Shown here: piece after piece, positions 40,324-53,361 of the stretch
Position numbering within the stretch: the first letter of the stretch is position 1
Layout: every line of letters starts with the position of its first letter
NCBI RefSeq assembly: GCF_006345805.1
Contig: NC_042997.1
Coordinates: 89,838,001 to 89,902,000, forward strand
DNA: 64,000 bases
Reading direction: 5' to 3'
Source: Octopus sinensis
Lineage: Eukaryota
Made by a program: the position numbers and the translations under genes
Notes under the pieces: model-generated
What the model was told of the DNA's origin: nothing
Databases searched by the model: none
The model's input: only the letters and a program-made list of their open reading frames with translations

Positions 40324-40491
40324 ATACTAAGTCCTATATTTTTGCCCTGAATATGCGCTTCTGTTTTAATTGCTTATTTTGATAAAATATATTTGTCTAT
40401 CTACGATATTAATTTTACAATATAAAAGCAGCTGAAAATGAAGAGACTGAAATGTTCTATGTTATAGTGATATTCACATACGCACACCAAG

Positions 40492-40557
<66 letters not shown>

Positions 40558-43500
40558 GACACGTTCATCTTTAAAATTCACAGCTCTATCTTTCTATCTC
40601 CACAGATCAACATCTGTAACATCATGTTAACAGATATATGTGGAAAATTCTTGTGAAAGACAACCAGGAACATAAATCAAATTTTTTGTTTGTAAGAAGC
40701 ATAATAAAAAAAGAGATCTGTGTGGATATCTTTGCATACTCCATGGATATCTCATACTCATGCATAAATATATTATATTACTAAAAACCTCTACAAAGTG
40801 CCCTAACAGCTATAAAATATTTAAATATTTGTATATCATTATGCAAGCAAGCAAGCATGCATCCATCCATACATACATCCATTCATACTGCTTTCTCGTA
40901 TATGGCAAAGCCATTGCTGGAAAGAATCATCAAAATGATTCATTGATAATGCAATGTGAGGTCCTTATATGACTCTTGAGCCCCACCAAAGAATTGCCTA
41001 TTTTATTACATAAAGTTATGCATGCATACATACATACATACATACATACATACAAACAAGTACACACACACAGAGTAGACAACCAGCCTTTCAATGAATA
41101 AAGCTGGGTGAAATAAATATAAGACTGAATAAGTTCTGGAGTCAATGTGATTAACTAAAACACACACACACACACACACACAGCAGGACTTACATACGTC
41201 CCAGCCACAAACATACTTGCACACACGTGTATTCTTTGCTTTTACATCCTGGCATGGGTTAGACAAATACATTGTTCAGATATTGTTACAGTTGTATGCC
41301 ATTCCTGTCTCTAATCTTTACCTGTTCTACAAGTAAGAGATCTATTATTTCACATGTCTTTAAAGGCATGAAGTGAGCAGATAATTTGTTGGCAGAAGTG
41401 ACACCACTACCACCACCACTACTTGTACATCACAACTTTGATAGAGTGCTATGTAAACAGAGACACATACATGCAATGAGTTTCAGTGTTCATCTATCAA
41501 ACCCACACACATGCCTATATCAGTCAATTGTATACTGAGGACTGTGTGCTTTCTGAATGGAATACCTATGAAAAATTGACTGGAATATTTTAAAAGTGCA
41601 ATTTACTTCATCATGAGCCTTGTCTCATGTGACCCACTTCTTAAGAAAGGATGCCCAAACCTGGTCTCTCTCTGTCTCTCTCTCTCTCTCATATATATGT
41701 CATCATCATCATCATCATCTAACATCTGCCTTCCATGCTGGCATGGTTTGGACAGTTTGACAGGAGCGAACCAGACAGAAAACTACACCAGGCTTCTGTG
41801 TCTGTTTTGGCATAGTTTTTACCACCCAACAGAGTGGACTGAGTGCTTTTTATGTGGCACCAGCATAGGCAAGGTCAGTTTTGGCATGGGTTTTACAGCT
41901 GGATGCCCTTCTAAATACCAAACACCCCCCTCTCTCTCTCTTACACACATACACACACACAATATTTTACTATCATTTCATTTCTTGATCTGATTTGTAT
42001 TTTATAAAGTTCTATGCCAATGGATATGCACACACATGCAAGGATGAAAGTAAATGTGAATAACCAGGTTGATAGTGAGACAGCTATCATCTGACTAGCC
42101 TTTTACTTTATCAACTCCACATATATGTATGTGTATGTCTGTGTATAGACTTATTGAAGGCTGGACGTTCTGGTTTTTACATTCTAGGTTCAAATCTCAC
42201 AGCAGTCAACTTTGCCTTTCATACTGTCTGGAGTTGATTAAGTAAAAGACTAGTCAGATGATAGCTGTCTCGCTTTCAGCCTGTTTACTCTGATATACTT
42301 TCATCCTTGCATGTGTGTGGATATCTGTTACCATAAAACTTTATAAAATACAAATCAAATCAAGAAATGAAATGATAGTGAAACATCTGCATATCATTGG
42401 ATTTAAGTGACAAAAGCTTGTACAATATTTTTGCCACTCTCTTGATCATCATAGTAGATTTCAGTGAGAAGTATGGCAGGATGATAGGTAACATTTTTAA
42501 CTTCAAGTTTTATGTCAGAGTATCTTTCTTCTAGAAGAGCTGTCTTTCTCTTGGCTTTGTCAAAAATAACAGGAACCTCTTCTATGCCTGGTATATCTGT
42601 TTAACCTATAGATGGAACTGTGATGAGTACTACCATTCAGGGTCAGAACATACCTGGATGTAATGGTAATTAAGAAGTGACTTCATGCTCCCTACAACTT
42701 CAGAATTCCCGAACTGGAGCTTCACTACCAAATGCAGTATAATATCAGACCCAGAACATACGTGTGTGTGTGCGCGCGCGCGTGCGCATTTATGTGTGAG
42801 GGATAACTTTCACGAGTGTTGGGATTGATGGTATCATCTATTTTGTTTCATTGTCTAGCTTGTCGTGTAAGAGTGAATGTGTGAGTTATGATTTAAGATG
42901 ATGGTACTTGAGAGCATGTGGAATAACAGAGAGTAAATCAGGAAAGATCTCTGATGATATAGACCTGAGTTTGGAAGATTTGATTGCACACATGATATGC
43001 TATTAAGATTCAGATATTGTTCATCCATATCATGTGCAAACTTTCTATTGATGATCATGATCAATAATAATTTCTTTCATAGGCTTTATGCCTAAGGTTG
43101 ATAGAATTGATATAAAAATTTGTAATTTTTATGCCTTTTCAGCTATGTCATTAGTGATACATGTAATATTCCAACAAAGAATTGAAAGGCTAGCCATTGA
43201 TTTGGTACACAGAGAATATACTTCTAGCACCACTATGTCTACTATGTTGATGATAATTATAAAACTATCTATTGTATCTTTTTCATACAGCAAGTTCACA
43301 AATTTTACTTATCAGCAAAATAGCCAAGTTCCTTCTTATCAAGTCATAAGAGATGAAAGAAGGTGTTCTTAAGCAGTTTCAAGTAATGTAAATTTCTATA
43401 GTGTTGTCATATTATTTGATTTGATCTCTCCGGGTTTTTTTCTTCTTTTTCTTTTTTTGTCATTTAAAGCTAGAATGTAAGTTAATTACTGCTGGTGTCA

Positions 43501-45094
43501 CATTTGTTCTCTTCTGTATTCTTGTGCAATGTAACCTATATTTTGTAGATATCTGTTTTCTGAAATTCCTTATGGGTAGCATTAGTATTTTTTAAAACTA
43601 TAACTAAAATATGTGCTTCTCTAAGTTCAGTAATATTCTTCTTGTTCAGTTTACATTTTTTTTTTTTTGTTTGTTTTCAAATTACAGCTTGTATAGTGAT
43701 TTAAAATTCATTTTTGAGCAAGTAAATATATTTATATAGAAAATGGAACTTAAATTAATAATAGTAGATTTTATAACTGTTTAGCATTTAAACCAGCTAT
43801 ATCTGGCCCAAATATCCTACATGCTTTATAGTCAAACTGGCCAGATGTTGCATGTCACACCTACCCTACAATGTCTTTCTAAGAATAAGCAATCATATCA
43901 TCAAAACCTTAAAGCCACAAGGTAATGCATAATAGGTGCAGGTATGGCTGTGTGGTAAGAAGCTTACTTTCCACCCACATGGTTCTGGGTTTGAGATTTT
44001 GATGATGAGATTCTTTTTTAGAATGATATTGCAGGGTAGGTATGATAGATTTGATCTGGCCAGTTTGAACATAAAATAGGTAGATTATTTGAACCAGATA
44101 TGATCTGTTTAAATACTAAATGGTAGGAAAGGTTTGCATGAATATGTGTGCCAAACAAGCAGAAGACAAAAAAAAAATTTCTTTTTCTTAAGGATGGTTT
44201 TTATACTTATTTTTCACTTTAAATAAGTACAAAATCTATAATAATTATTAGCCTCTTGCACAATAAAAATTACAATCTTGTTATTGAAAAGTGCTGTAAA
44301 TTATTAATTTTTCTTTGATGATGGCTATATCCATATAAAATTTTTGAATCATAAATCGATGATGCTTGCCGTTTAAGGATCAAATAAATTCTAATTTTTC
44401 CCTACAACTGTGAAATTAAATCAATATTATTCCAATCTGAATTTACAGCAAATGCCATATAGTGCACAAATCATATCTCTGTTTTGCAATGTAGATATGC
44501 AAGTGTCTTTTTTTGAATGCTTATTAAATATTTTCTACCAGATTCTTTTGCCAGCCGTATAATGCAGGGGTTCCCAATAACCTGCCCATAGTATTGGGCT
44601 GTTTCATTAGATGTCAAATAATGAACCTCATTTTATTTACCAATTGTCTTGTTACAAAGAAACAAGAAAAAGAGAGATAAGAAAGAAAAGAAGAAGAAAG
44701 GTGTGGTAAATCAGCAGAAGATGAAGGGAAAAGGGGCGATGGGCTACATACCCCAGAACAAATGATGTGTTCAGCTGCACCTCACGATAATGACTGTGAT
44801 GGTGTTGCTGCAGAGGATGACCAGTAACACTCACTGCTGCAACCCCTCCACCTCGTGGGGCTCATTTCACTGATGGGCCTATTTTGCTGAGGAAATCTGT
44901 AGTACAGAGTCCCCAGAACAACTGACATTTCAATGGTAACCAGCACAAACTGATAGCATTAATCTAGTTAAATGCCCTACATCAGTGGTCCTCAAAATAT
45001 TTGTACCACAGACCAGTTTCATGTAAGACAATTTTACCATGGGCTAGGGAATCGTGTGCATAACAAAACATAATTAAGTACATAAAATAAAAAT

Positions 45095-45358
45095 ATGACC
45101 CCCTTCGATCATCAATGATCACAGGATTACACCTAGAAAGTTACCCCACAAGACATAAATCTAGGCAAGGTTGTTTATGGAAGACCAGCATTTGCCTATG
45201 CATACCAATCTCTCCTCTCCATGCCACTGATGTTATCCAAGAGAAAGGTAAATATCGATACAGCTTGACAGCTGAGTGAACTGAAGCAATGTGAAATAAA
45301 GTGTTTTGCTCAAGGACACAACACACAGCCTAGTCTGGGAATCGAACTCATTACCTCA
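45095..45358 (-). mobile_element. Third tRNA-headed SINE family (E), 5'-truncated
   Basis: B box gggaatcgaactc on the + strand and central block gtgttttgctcaaggacacaacac. The same central and head blocks occur at 11005-11240. Confidence 0.6.
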
Positions 45359-46804
45359 TGAGGACCACTGATGTAGGGCATTTAACTACATTAATGAGTG
45401 CCAAATTCTGTGAAGTTTTTCTAGTAGAATCTTTGTAATTTATCTGTTTTTCATTTTAGTTCAGTTAATTGCTTTTTTTTTTTATAGAGCTGAATAACAA
45501 TGTAGCTATTTATTGAATTAGTAAATTAACAAAAGAAAAAAAAAATCATTATGAATTGCACTCTGTAAATAGACAAGAGCTTGTGGTTTATCTGTGCAAA
45601 ATATTTGTAGAGAGAGAAAGAGAAGACTGTAGTGTGTGCATGTGACAAATGCAGTCACCAGATTGACTACAGTTAAAGAAGCAGTAGAAAATTCTTATTG
45701 AAGACTTGACAAGCTGTATGTGATCTGTTTGTATGTAATCTTTATGGTTTTAGATAGGCTTTTCAGTTCAGTTAAGAAGTGCATTATATTCTGTCACTAT
45801 ATTTTGTCTATTTTAAATCTTTATGGGAAATATGAAAGAAGCTATATTTTTTTGTTTTTAGAATTTTCTATAGTGTATCAAATTTTTACATGTTAATAAC
45901 ACTAGCAAGGAATCAACAAGGGAATATCTACAAGGTTATCTCAACCTTAAGAAACAGCTGCCAAGTTTCCTTCAGTTCACACACTGCTGTCTTAAAAGGG
46001 GAACAACATACTATGCCGTGTAGTTCTAGATGTCAATTTCAAATTTTGGCACAAGGCCAGCAAGTTTGGGGGAGGGGGCAAGTTGATTACATCAACTCCA
46101 GTATTCAACTGGTACTTATTTTATGGACTCCGCAAGGATGAAAGGCAAAGTCAACCTTGGTGAAATATGAATTCAGAATGTAAAAATGGACAAAATGCCA
46201 CTAAACATTTTGCTGCCTTAAAAGTTGACATTGAAGGGTTTGAACTCAGAACATTAAGAGAAGGATTATATACCATAAAGTATTCTTTCTGATGCCTTAG
46301 CAGTTCTGCTAATGTAGTCCTTGATATTAAAAATTTAAAAAAAGGAAGCACAAGATTTCAAATTTTGTTGGAGAGGGAATAGCTCATTGTTATAAAATAA
46401 AAGTACCGTTGCTGGGCTGGTTCTTTTTCCTGTGGAAAAATGAAAGGCAAAATAGACCTTAGCAAGATTTGGATTTAAATTGTTAAAAAGTAGAACAGAT
46501 GCTATAAGGCATTTTGTATGACCTTCTAATGATTCTACCAAATCTGTCAAAATGGATTGTTGTAGGTGAAGTGATATTACAACAGATGGAAAAATAAAAT
46601 AAGATTTGTGTGTTAGTTGACTATTTTAACTGCCTTTAGGATACTGGCAAGAGGTTTTTATGATTAAAATAGCATAGGCTATAAAAACAAAACAAGCATG
46701 TTCTAAATTGTATCCAAAGAATTTTAAAGCATTACAATATCTGATTTTCTTTCTCTCTACCTCTCTCACACACAGTTGTCTGTTTCCCTCTGTCTGTCTG
46801 TCTG

Positions 46805-46837
<33 letters not shown>

Positions 46838-47084
46838 GAACAGTAACTATAGAATCTGTAAACTTTAAGTGAGATTAAAAAAATTATTTAAGTGTTTAAG
46901 TTGTAGTGTAACTGGATTAATTTGTTTCTTATATGTACTACTGAAAGAATCTGTACATGGTTTGCTCAACTTGCTAGAAGAAATAACAGCCAAATCTTCA
47001 TCAAACTGTGTGGCCTTTAGTCTTAAAGGAATGAAAGTACACACTGGAAATCCTATATATTCTGTATCTGTTATCTTTTACTTG

Positions 47085-47405
47085 TTTCAGCTAATAGAAT
47101 GTTGTTACACTGGGGCAATGCCTTGAAGAATTTCTTTAAAGCCTAGTATTTGTTCTATTGGTCTCTTTTCTCAAACTGCTAAGTTATGGGGACATTAGCA
47201 TATTAGCACCAGATGTCAAGTGGTGAAAGTGGACAAACAGACACAAAGGCATATCAGTATAATACATCCATGCATACATACAGACATGCATGCATCCTTC
47301 GGTTTCTGTGTTACAAATCCACTGATAAGACACTGGTCAGCCCAAGGCTATAGAAGATGTTTGCCCAAGGTTCCATGCAGTGGGATTGAACCCAGAACCA
47401 TGATG
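47085..47405 (-). mobile_element. SINE family A, decayed
   Basis: Reverse complement of family A middle and CORE-like blocks. Confidence 0.65.
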
Positions 47406-47663
47406 GGATAATGATAGCTGGACTGTTGATCAAAAGTCTGCTGGGCTATATATTGAATGGATGAAATAAACTCACAGTTATTGCTTGCTTGTGGTTTTGT
47501 GTATAAATATGTGTGTGTGTGTGTGTTTGTGTACACCTTTATTTGTTGAATGACTTATGAATCTAAATGTTTTTTCTCAAACAGAAAGCAGGAGCTGGTT
47601 TATAAATAAATAATAAAGTTTCCCTTGCAGTCTGGTTTTGCATTCTTTGTGCCACTCAATAAG

Positions 47664-47705
<42 letters not shown>

Positions 47706-48105
47706 TCCATGCTACAATTGTTTATATTTATTTATTCGTTTATTAGTACAATTTCCAGCTTTGAAAAGACAAACTTGTTCCATTTCTTTTCTTCATTTTT
47801 CAACTGTTTTCTCTTTTCTTGCTTTCACAATTTCATTGAAACTGTAAACCTGTTCAAAGTTGTAACAGTAGTTAGTGCCATGGCTGTATGATTAAGAAGC
47901 TCACTTCACAACCATGTGGATCTGGGTTTGATCCCACTGCATAACATCTTGGGCAGGTATCTTGTTTTCACAAACTTGATCAGTACATTGTGAGTGAAAT
48001 TTGGTACCCACAAGCCAGATCTTTGTGTGTGTACATGCATGCATGCAAACCAATAAAATGATGTAGGACGAGTTAGATAACAATGCCACAAACACATGCA
48101 CACAT

Positions 48106-48143
<38 letters not shown>

Positions 48144-48570
48144 CGATTTTCCACACATGTAGTGTGTATATATATATTTATATATAAATAAATACATCAT
48201 TATTCTAACCATTTTATTCCTTGTATATATTGACTGACAAATTTCGTGTTACACTAATAAGAAGAGTATTCAGTAAAAGACATCATTTAAAGTTAACCAA
48301 TTTTATTTGGATTTCACATTCTGTGTAGACTGATTTTTCTATGATCCAGGTTGAAAATTAATGAAGAATAATAAACAACTAATGACAAGAGTGCAGACTT
48401 TCTTAGCTGTTAGCATTTCAGGTTAAAAAAAACGAAAAAACGATCAATTCTGAACCTGAAACAGCTTTTGAATTACAAAAATTTTTTCACATCAGATTTT
48501 CAACATAATCATAATATAAATTGTCTGAAATGTATTTGTAGAAAATTTTATCGAAAAGGAAAGCTTCCAT

Positions 48571-48810
48571 AGGTGCAGTTGTGGTTGTATGATAAGAAGT
48601 TTACATTCCAACCACATAGTTTCAGGTTCTGTTCCACTGTGTGGCACCTTGGGCAAATGCCTTGGGCCTATCAAAGCCTTGTGAGTGGATTTGGTAGACA
48701 GAAACTGAAAGAAGCCCATTGTGTGTGTGTGTCCGTGTGTCCCGTCCCACAACTGCTTGACAAGTAGTGTGCCCCAGCATGGTCTCAGTCTAATGACTGA
48801 AACAATTAAA
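48571..48810 (+). mobile_element. SINE family A, internally deleted
   Basis: Head and CORE-like region joined directly to ccccagcatggtctcagtctaatgactgaaac. Confidence 0.75.
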
Positions 48811-51589
48811 AAATAAAAGTTATTTCAGAAAGTTATGGGGAAATAATTTGAGATGTGTGGATTATCTGAAACTCCTCTCCATCTCTTGTAAACATTTTTT
48901 CATAACAAATTTCAATATAACCCTAATGTACACCACACGATCTAAAATGTATCTCTGGAAAATTTCATTAAAAATACCTATCTTTCAGAAAGTTATAAAG
49001 AAACAAGGCTGGTGGAGCACACATCTGTAGTTATGCTGGTTAGAAATCAATGCAAATCGAATTCTTTGAAAGAGCTCTTTATAGATGGTAATCTTAGAAA
49101 ATGTAGTGTTTGGAATGGTTTGTGAAATTCTGAAATTCTTTGTTTGGTCTCTAAGTCTTAGGAAAACAGCAAAGATATTTGGTTACATGTAGTCTTCATG
49201 ATGAACATAAATGTATCAGTTGGTTGGCTAAACCTCAATTGTAATCTTATATTATGAGAAGCTGATCTCCAGCTGTCTGCCTATCACAACATCTATTAGA
49301 GGGAAGAAAGAAGGAGAGGAATCAAAAGGGGAGATAATCCCTGTTAACATATATTTAGAAGAGGAAGAAGAGAAAAAGTTGTTGTTGAGAGAGAAATACT
49401 GTGAGAAAGAGAGAGAGAGAAATAAATAGACAGGTAGTGTTGTCACCATTGTAAATAGCAAGTTTTGATTAAAATTGCTGGAATTTTAAGTGCAAGTCTG
49501 TCAGCACAATACAACATAGACTTCAAGAAAATTACTATATGTATATATATTATACATATACATATAGTTATCTTTTTGGTTGTGTGTATGTTTTTCTGTA
49601 TGTCTTTCAGCATATTGTGCAACACAGAGTGTAAAAAAAAAAAGACTTTCACTAAAATGACAGGTTATTGTTGCTCTTGTTGATAGAATGTATGTGAAAG
49701 ATAGAATTAAAATTTGTTTCAAGAAAAAAAAAAAAAAAGCAAATAAGCAGGTTGCGGTTGAGTATATCAATGCGATCACTCGTAAGCTTTTGCTGAAGGA
49801 TCTATTTCATCTTGATGAGATTGTTACCCAACAACATAGCAATGAGTAATAACTAATATTTGGAATATGTTAGAAATATCAATGGTGAATAAGCTTGTGT
49901 AACACTTACAAAGTTTTAATTTCTTTTTTCTTTTATCAGTAAATGTTATATGTCCTATATACTTCTATTATTTCTTACTTGCTTCTATCTATATCAAAGG
50001 AAATGACTACTATTCTTCAAACTTTGCTTTTGTGACATAGACATCAATGTTTTGAAACTGACCTATTTTCCATTACATTTCAGACAGATTCAGAGTTCAG
50101 TTGCTGAAGTAGAAATATTGTTATAGCAAATATTCTGCTCAATGCCACGGATCTGCTTGTTATTTGCTTGACCTAAACCACTTAAGCATGTCCCTTAGTG
50201 GATGACAGTATGTACATCTCTCTCTGATCATGAGCAGGAATAGTGGGGGAAGCATTATAACCATGTGTTGAGGGGGATTCTTTGGGGTTTGGATAAATGT
50301 AACAAAAGCAAAGTTTGAAGGAGTTACCAATTTTCCATACTTTCTAGAGGTAAACAAACAGGAAATAGCAATTGCTACCAAGAACAAAAACATGTTATAC
50401 GGTGTAATTATTGTGTCCATGCAGTATGGTTTTGTAAGAAGTTTATTGTTTTGCAACCACATAGCTTCCAGATTTGATCCCATTGTGTAGTACTTTAAGA
50501 AATGTGTCTTCTATTAGTAACCTTGAATAAAAAGAGCCTTCTGAGTAATAAACAGTAATTGTGTATGAGCTCATCGTATGTGTGTGTGTTTGTTTTGGGG
50601 GGTGAGTGTGCTTATGTGGTAAAATCCACAAAAAGCTGTGGGAAGTGGAAAATCCAGCATTTTGGGTAGAATCCTTCTTCAGATTAAATTTAAAAGGACA
50701 CAACGGAGATTTTTTTTTTTTCCTCGAAATTTGCTAAACTGGTTGCAACTTCTTGTTAATTTCACTAAATAATACAAGTCTTGCCTGCACAGACAAGCAT
50801 CAGTTATTTAAACTCTCTTTGATTGTATATGTGTGTGAGTGTGGGTATGTGTGGGCATGAGATGAAAAATAAATTTGGCTTACTGTACAAAAAGAAAATA
50901 GTGGCATTGTGGTCCATTCAAGCTATGTCCTTTTACACCAATGTCAGCTTGCCTTTTGCCCTCTTCTAAGGATGATAATAAAACAAGTAACAAGTTATTG
51001 GAGTCAGTATATTCAGCTAAGTATTGATGATGTTTATCACTTCCCCTCAGCATGGCTATAGTTCAATGATTGAAACCAGCAAAATATAACAATATGAATG
51101 TCAGGAAGCAAAAGAACAATATTGCAAATACATGAATTTCTTATATTGATGATACAAGACTAGGAATTTGCAAAAGAGGCATCTATGCTTACATTAATAT
51201 ATATAACACGATGTACTTATTCTGTTGATCTCAGAAACAATCCTATTTTAAGGCAAGGCTATATTGAGCAGTTGCCAGGAGGGCCCCACAGGTTTAGGGG
51301 ACTTGTTGCCAATCTATGTATATTTTGAGGCACCAGAGCATTGCGTTGCCTTGAGGCCTATAATAATAAAATGGCCTTGCTCAGAAGGGGGAGTAGAAAA
51401 CAAAGCAATTTAATATTGGTAGGATGTGAATTTTCAGTTACTACTTCAAACCTTTTGCTCCCTGTGGAATTTTTTCTTCTCTGCTCTATTCTGGGTTATT
51501 TTTGGCTCTCCCAGGCTTTGTTGGTTTTGAATTATAATCAATGCTTCTGTAACTTAACTTTTTGGTGGGTAGAGGTGTTGGCCTATGCA

Positions 51590-51730
51590 AACCTGTTTTA
51601 TTTCTAGGAAGAGGTGGTCTGTTTTAATTTTGCCTTTATCCTTAAATCTGTCTTGGTTGGCAGGCCCCACTGGAAGTTTGCACTCCAATAGCATAGCTCT
51701 CAGGGTCATTGAGTGGTACATAAGCCACCA
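51590..51730 (-). mobile_element. RTE-type 5' UTR fragment
   Basis: Shares gcctatgcaaac, agaggtggtc and catagctctcagggtcattgag-like blocks with 4925-5100. Confidence 0.45.
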
Positions 51731-52298
51731 AGTTGCAACTAGGACTGGATGTTGTGATGGAGTTTGTGAAATTACAAACCCTGAAAGATTGGGAGAAACT
51801 ACTGAAAGTTCTGTATTGTTTTACAATTTCTTTCAATACACTGTTTCACTGGAGGGTTTTTGATTGAGAAAGTGGGTAGATAACCAGGAAATAGTGCTGT
51901 ATATACTAAATACACTTTCTTATCATAATAAATGCATTAGTGTAATTGAATCTTTTTCTGTTTGGCTGCACCGGTGGAAATTTCAAATTTTAATGAAAAT
52001 TCTAAAATTTGGGGTATTGATGTAATTTTCCATGCTGAATCTCAGTGGATATTTAACTTTTTTGGAGTGGGGGGGAGTTACAGGGGTTTAAAGTGATAAT
52101 TTTTACCCAGTCAGAAAGCAGAATTTGGAAGCTGTCATTTTGTGCGTGACAGTATGTGTTGTCAACTGTAGACAAATGAAAAATTTTTGAAATTCTGCTT
52201 TATGCACACCACATAACCCCTCATAACTTTTTTATTTTGGAATTTTCAGAAACGTTTTGCAAATTTGTATTCTACACATGTGAGTTCATAGGATTATG

Positions 52299-52348
<50 letters not shown>

Positions 52349-52996
52349 TATATCTTTGTAAGATGTTACATGTTTGAATTGCTGCCTCATATATTGACTG
52401 AATTCACATTTTTACTGAATCCAGTCAATATGTGTTAGTACTCCACTGAAATGCATAAAATTCCCTGATTTACAGGTTTTCATGAATACTGAAGGGTTTG
52501 GTATCAAAAGGATTAATGAACCAAAAAAAAAAAAAAAAGATCAGTGTAATTTAATCTTTTGATACAAAAGCAAGTTTTCATAGTTTAACAATAGAAATGA
52601 ATTTTAACTTTAACCCTTTTGTTACTGTATTTATTTTGAGATACTCTGTGTTTCTTTCAATTACTTTAAATATAACAAAGAGTTTAGTAAAATAACTTAG
52701 TTATCATTCAGCTAGTGTCAGGAACATAAATTGTGACTAAGGTTTGGTGGAAGATTTTAATTCAAAACTTATGAAAACAAGAGATTTGTACTCAGAGCCA
52801 GAGCTGGTTTCAGCCGGGTTGGTAACAAAAGGGTTAATAAGCATATAAAATTTTACATAACATGCAACCCTGTAAACCAGGGAATTTTATGCATTTTAGT
52901 GGAGTACCTATACAAATTGACTGGATTCAGTCAGAATGTGAATCCAGTCAATATGTGAGCCAGTAATTCAACCACGTAACATCTTACAAAGATATA
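52349..52996. mobile_element. Long-TIR (about 130 bp) foldback/MITE element hosting the P2 MITE
   Basis: Arms 52349-52478 and 52866-52996 are reverse complements, roughly 85% identical by eye, starting tatatctttgtaagatgttac. TA context at both ends. Confidence 0.8.
52614..52833. mobile_element. piggyBac-type MITE (family P2), young copy
   Basis: Perfect 12-bp TIRs CCCTTTTGTTAC / GTAACAAAAGGG with TTAA at 52610-52613 and 52834-52837. Confidence 0.92.
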
Positions 52997-53000
52997 CTCT

Positions 53001-53361
53001 CTTTACTTGTTTCAGTCATTTGACTGCAGCCAAGCTGGAGCACCACCTTTAGTCGAGCAAATCGACCCCAGGACTTATTCTTTGTAAGCTTAGTACTTAT
53101 TCTATTGGTCTCTTTTGCCGAACCGCTAAGTTACAGGGGACGTAAACACACCACCATCGGTTGTCAAGCAATGTTGGGGGACAAACACAGACACACATAC
53201 ATATATACGACGGGCTTCCTTCAGTTTCCGTCTACCAAATCCATTCACAACGCTTTTGCCAGCCCGAGGCTATAGTAGAAGACACTTGCCCAAGGTGCCA
53301 TGCAGTGGGAATGAACCCGGAACCATGTGGTTGGTAAGCAAGCTACTTACCACACAGCCAC
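53001..53361 (-). mobile_element. tRNA-derived SINE family A (CORE-like, octopus OR-type), young full-length copy
   Basis: The - strand has an A box tggctgtgtggt, B box ggttcattcc, CORE-like ggcaccttgggcaagtgtcttctactatagcctc, an internal TA/TG microsatellite and tail gactgaaacaagtaaag. CpGs are retained. Confidence 0.85.

Noticed and set aside
40606-40710. Strong + strand acceptor followed by AATAAA, a possible terminal exon
   Set aside because: All frames close quickly and no upstream partner exon is established.
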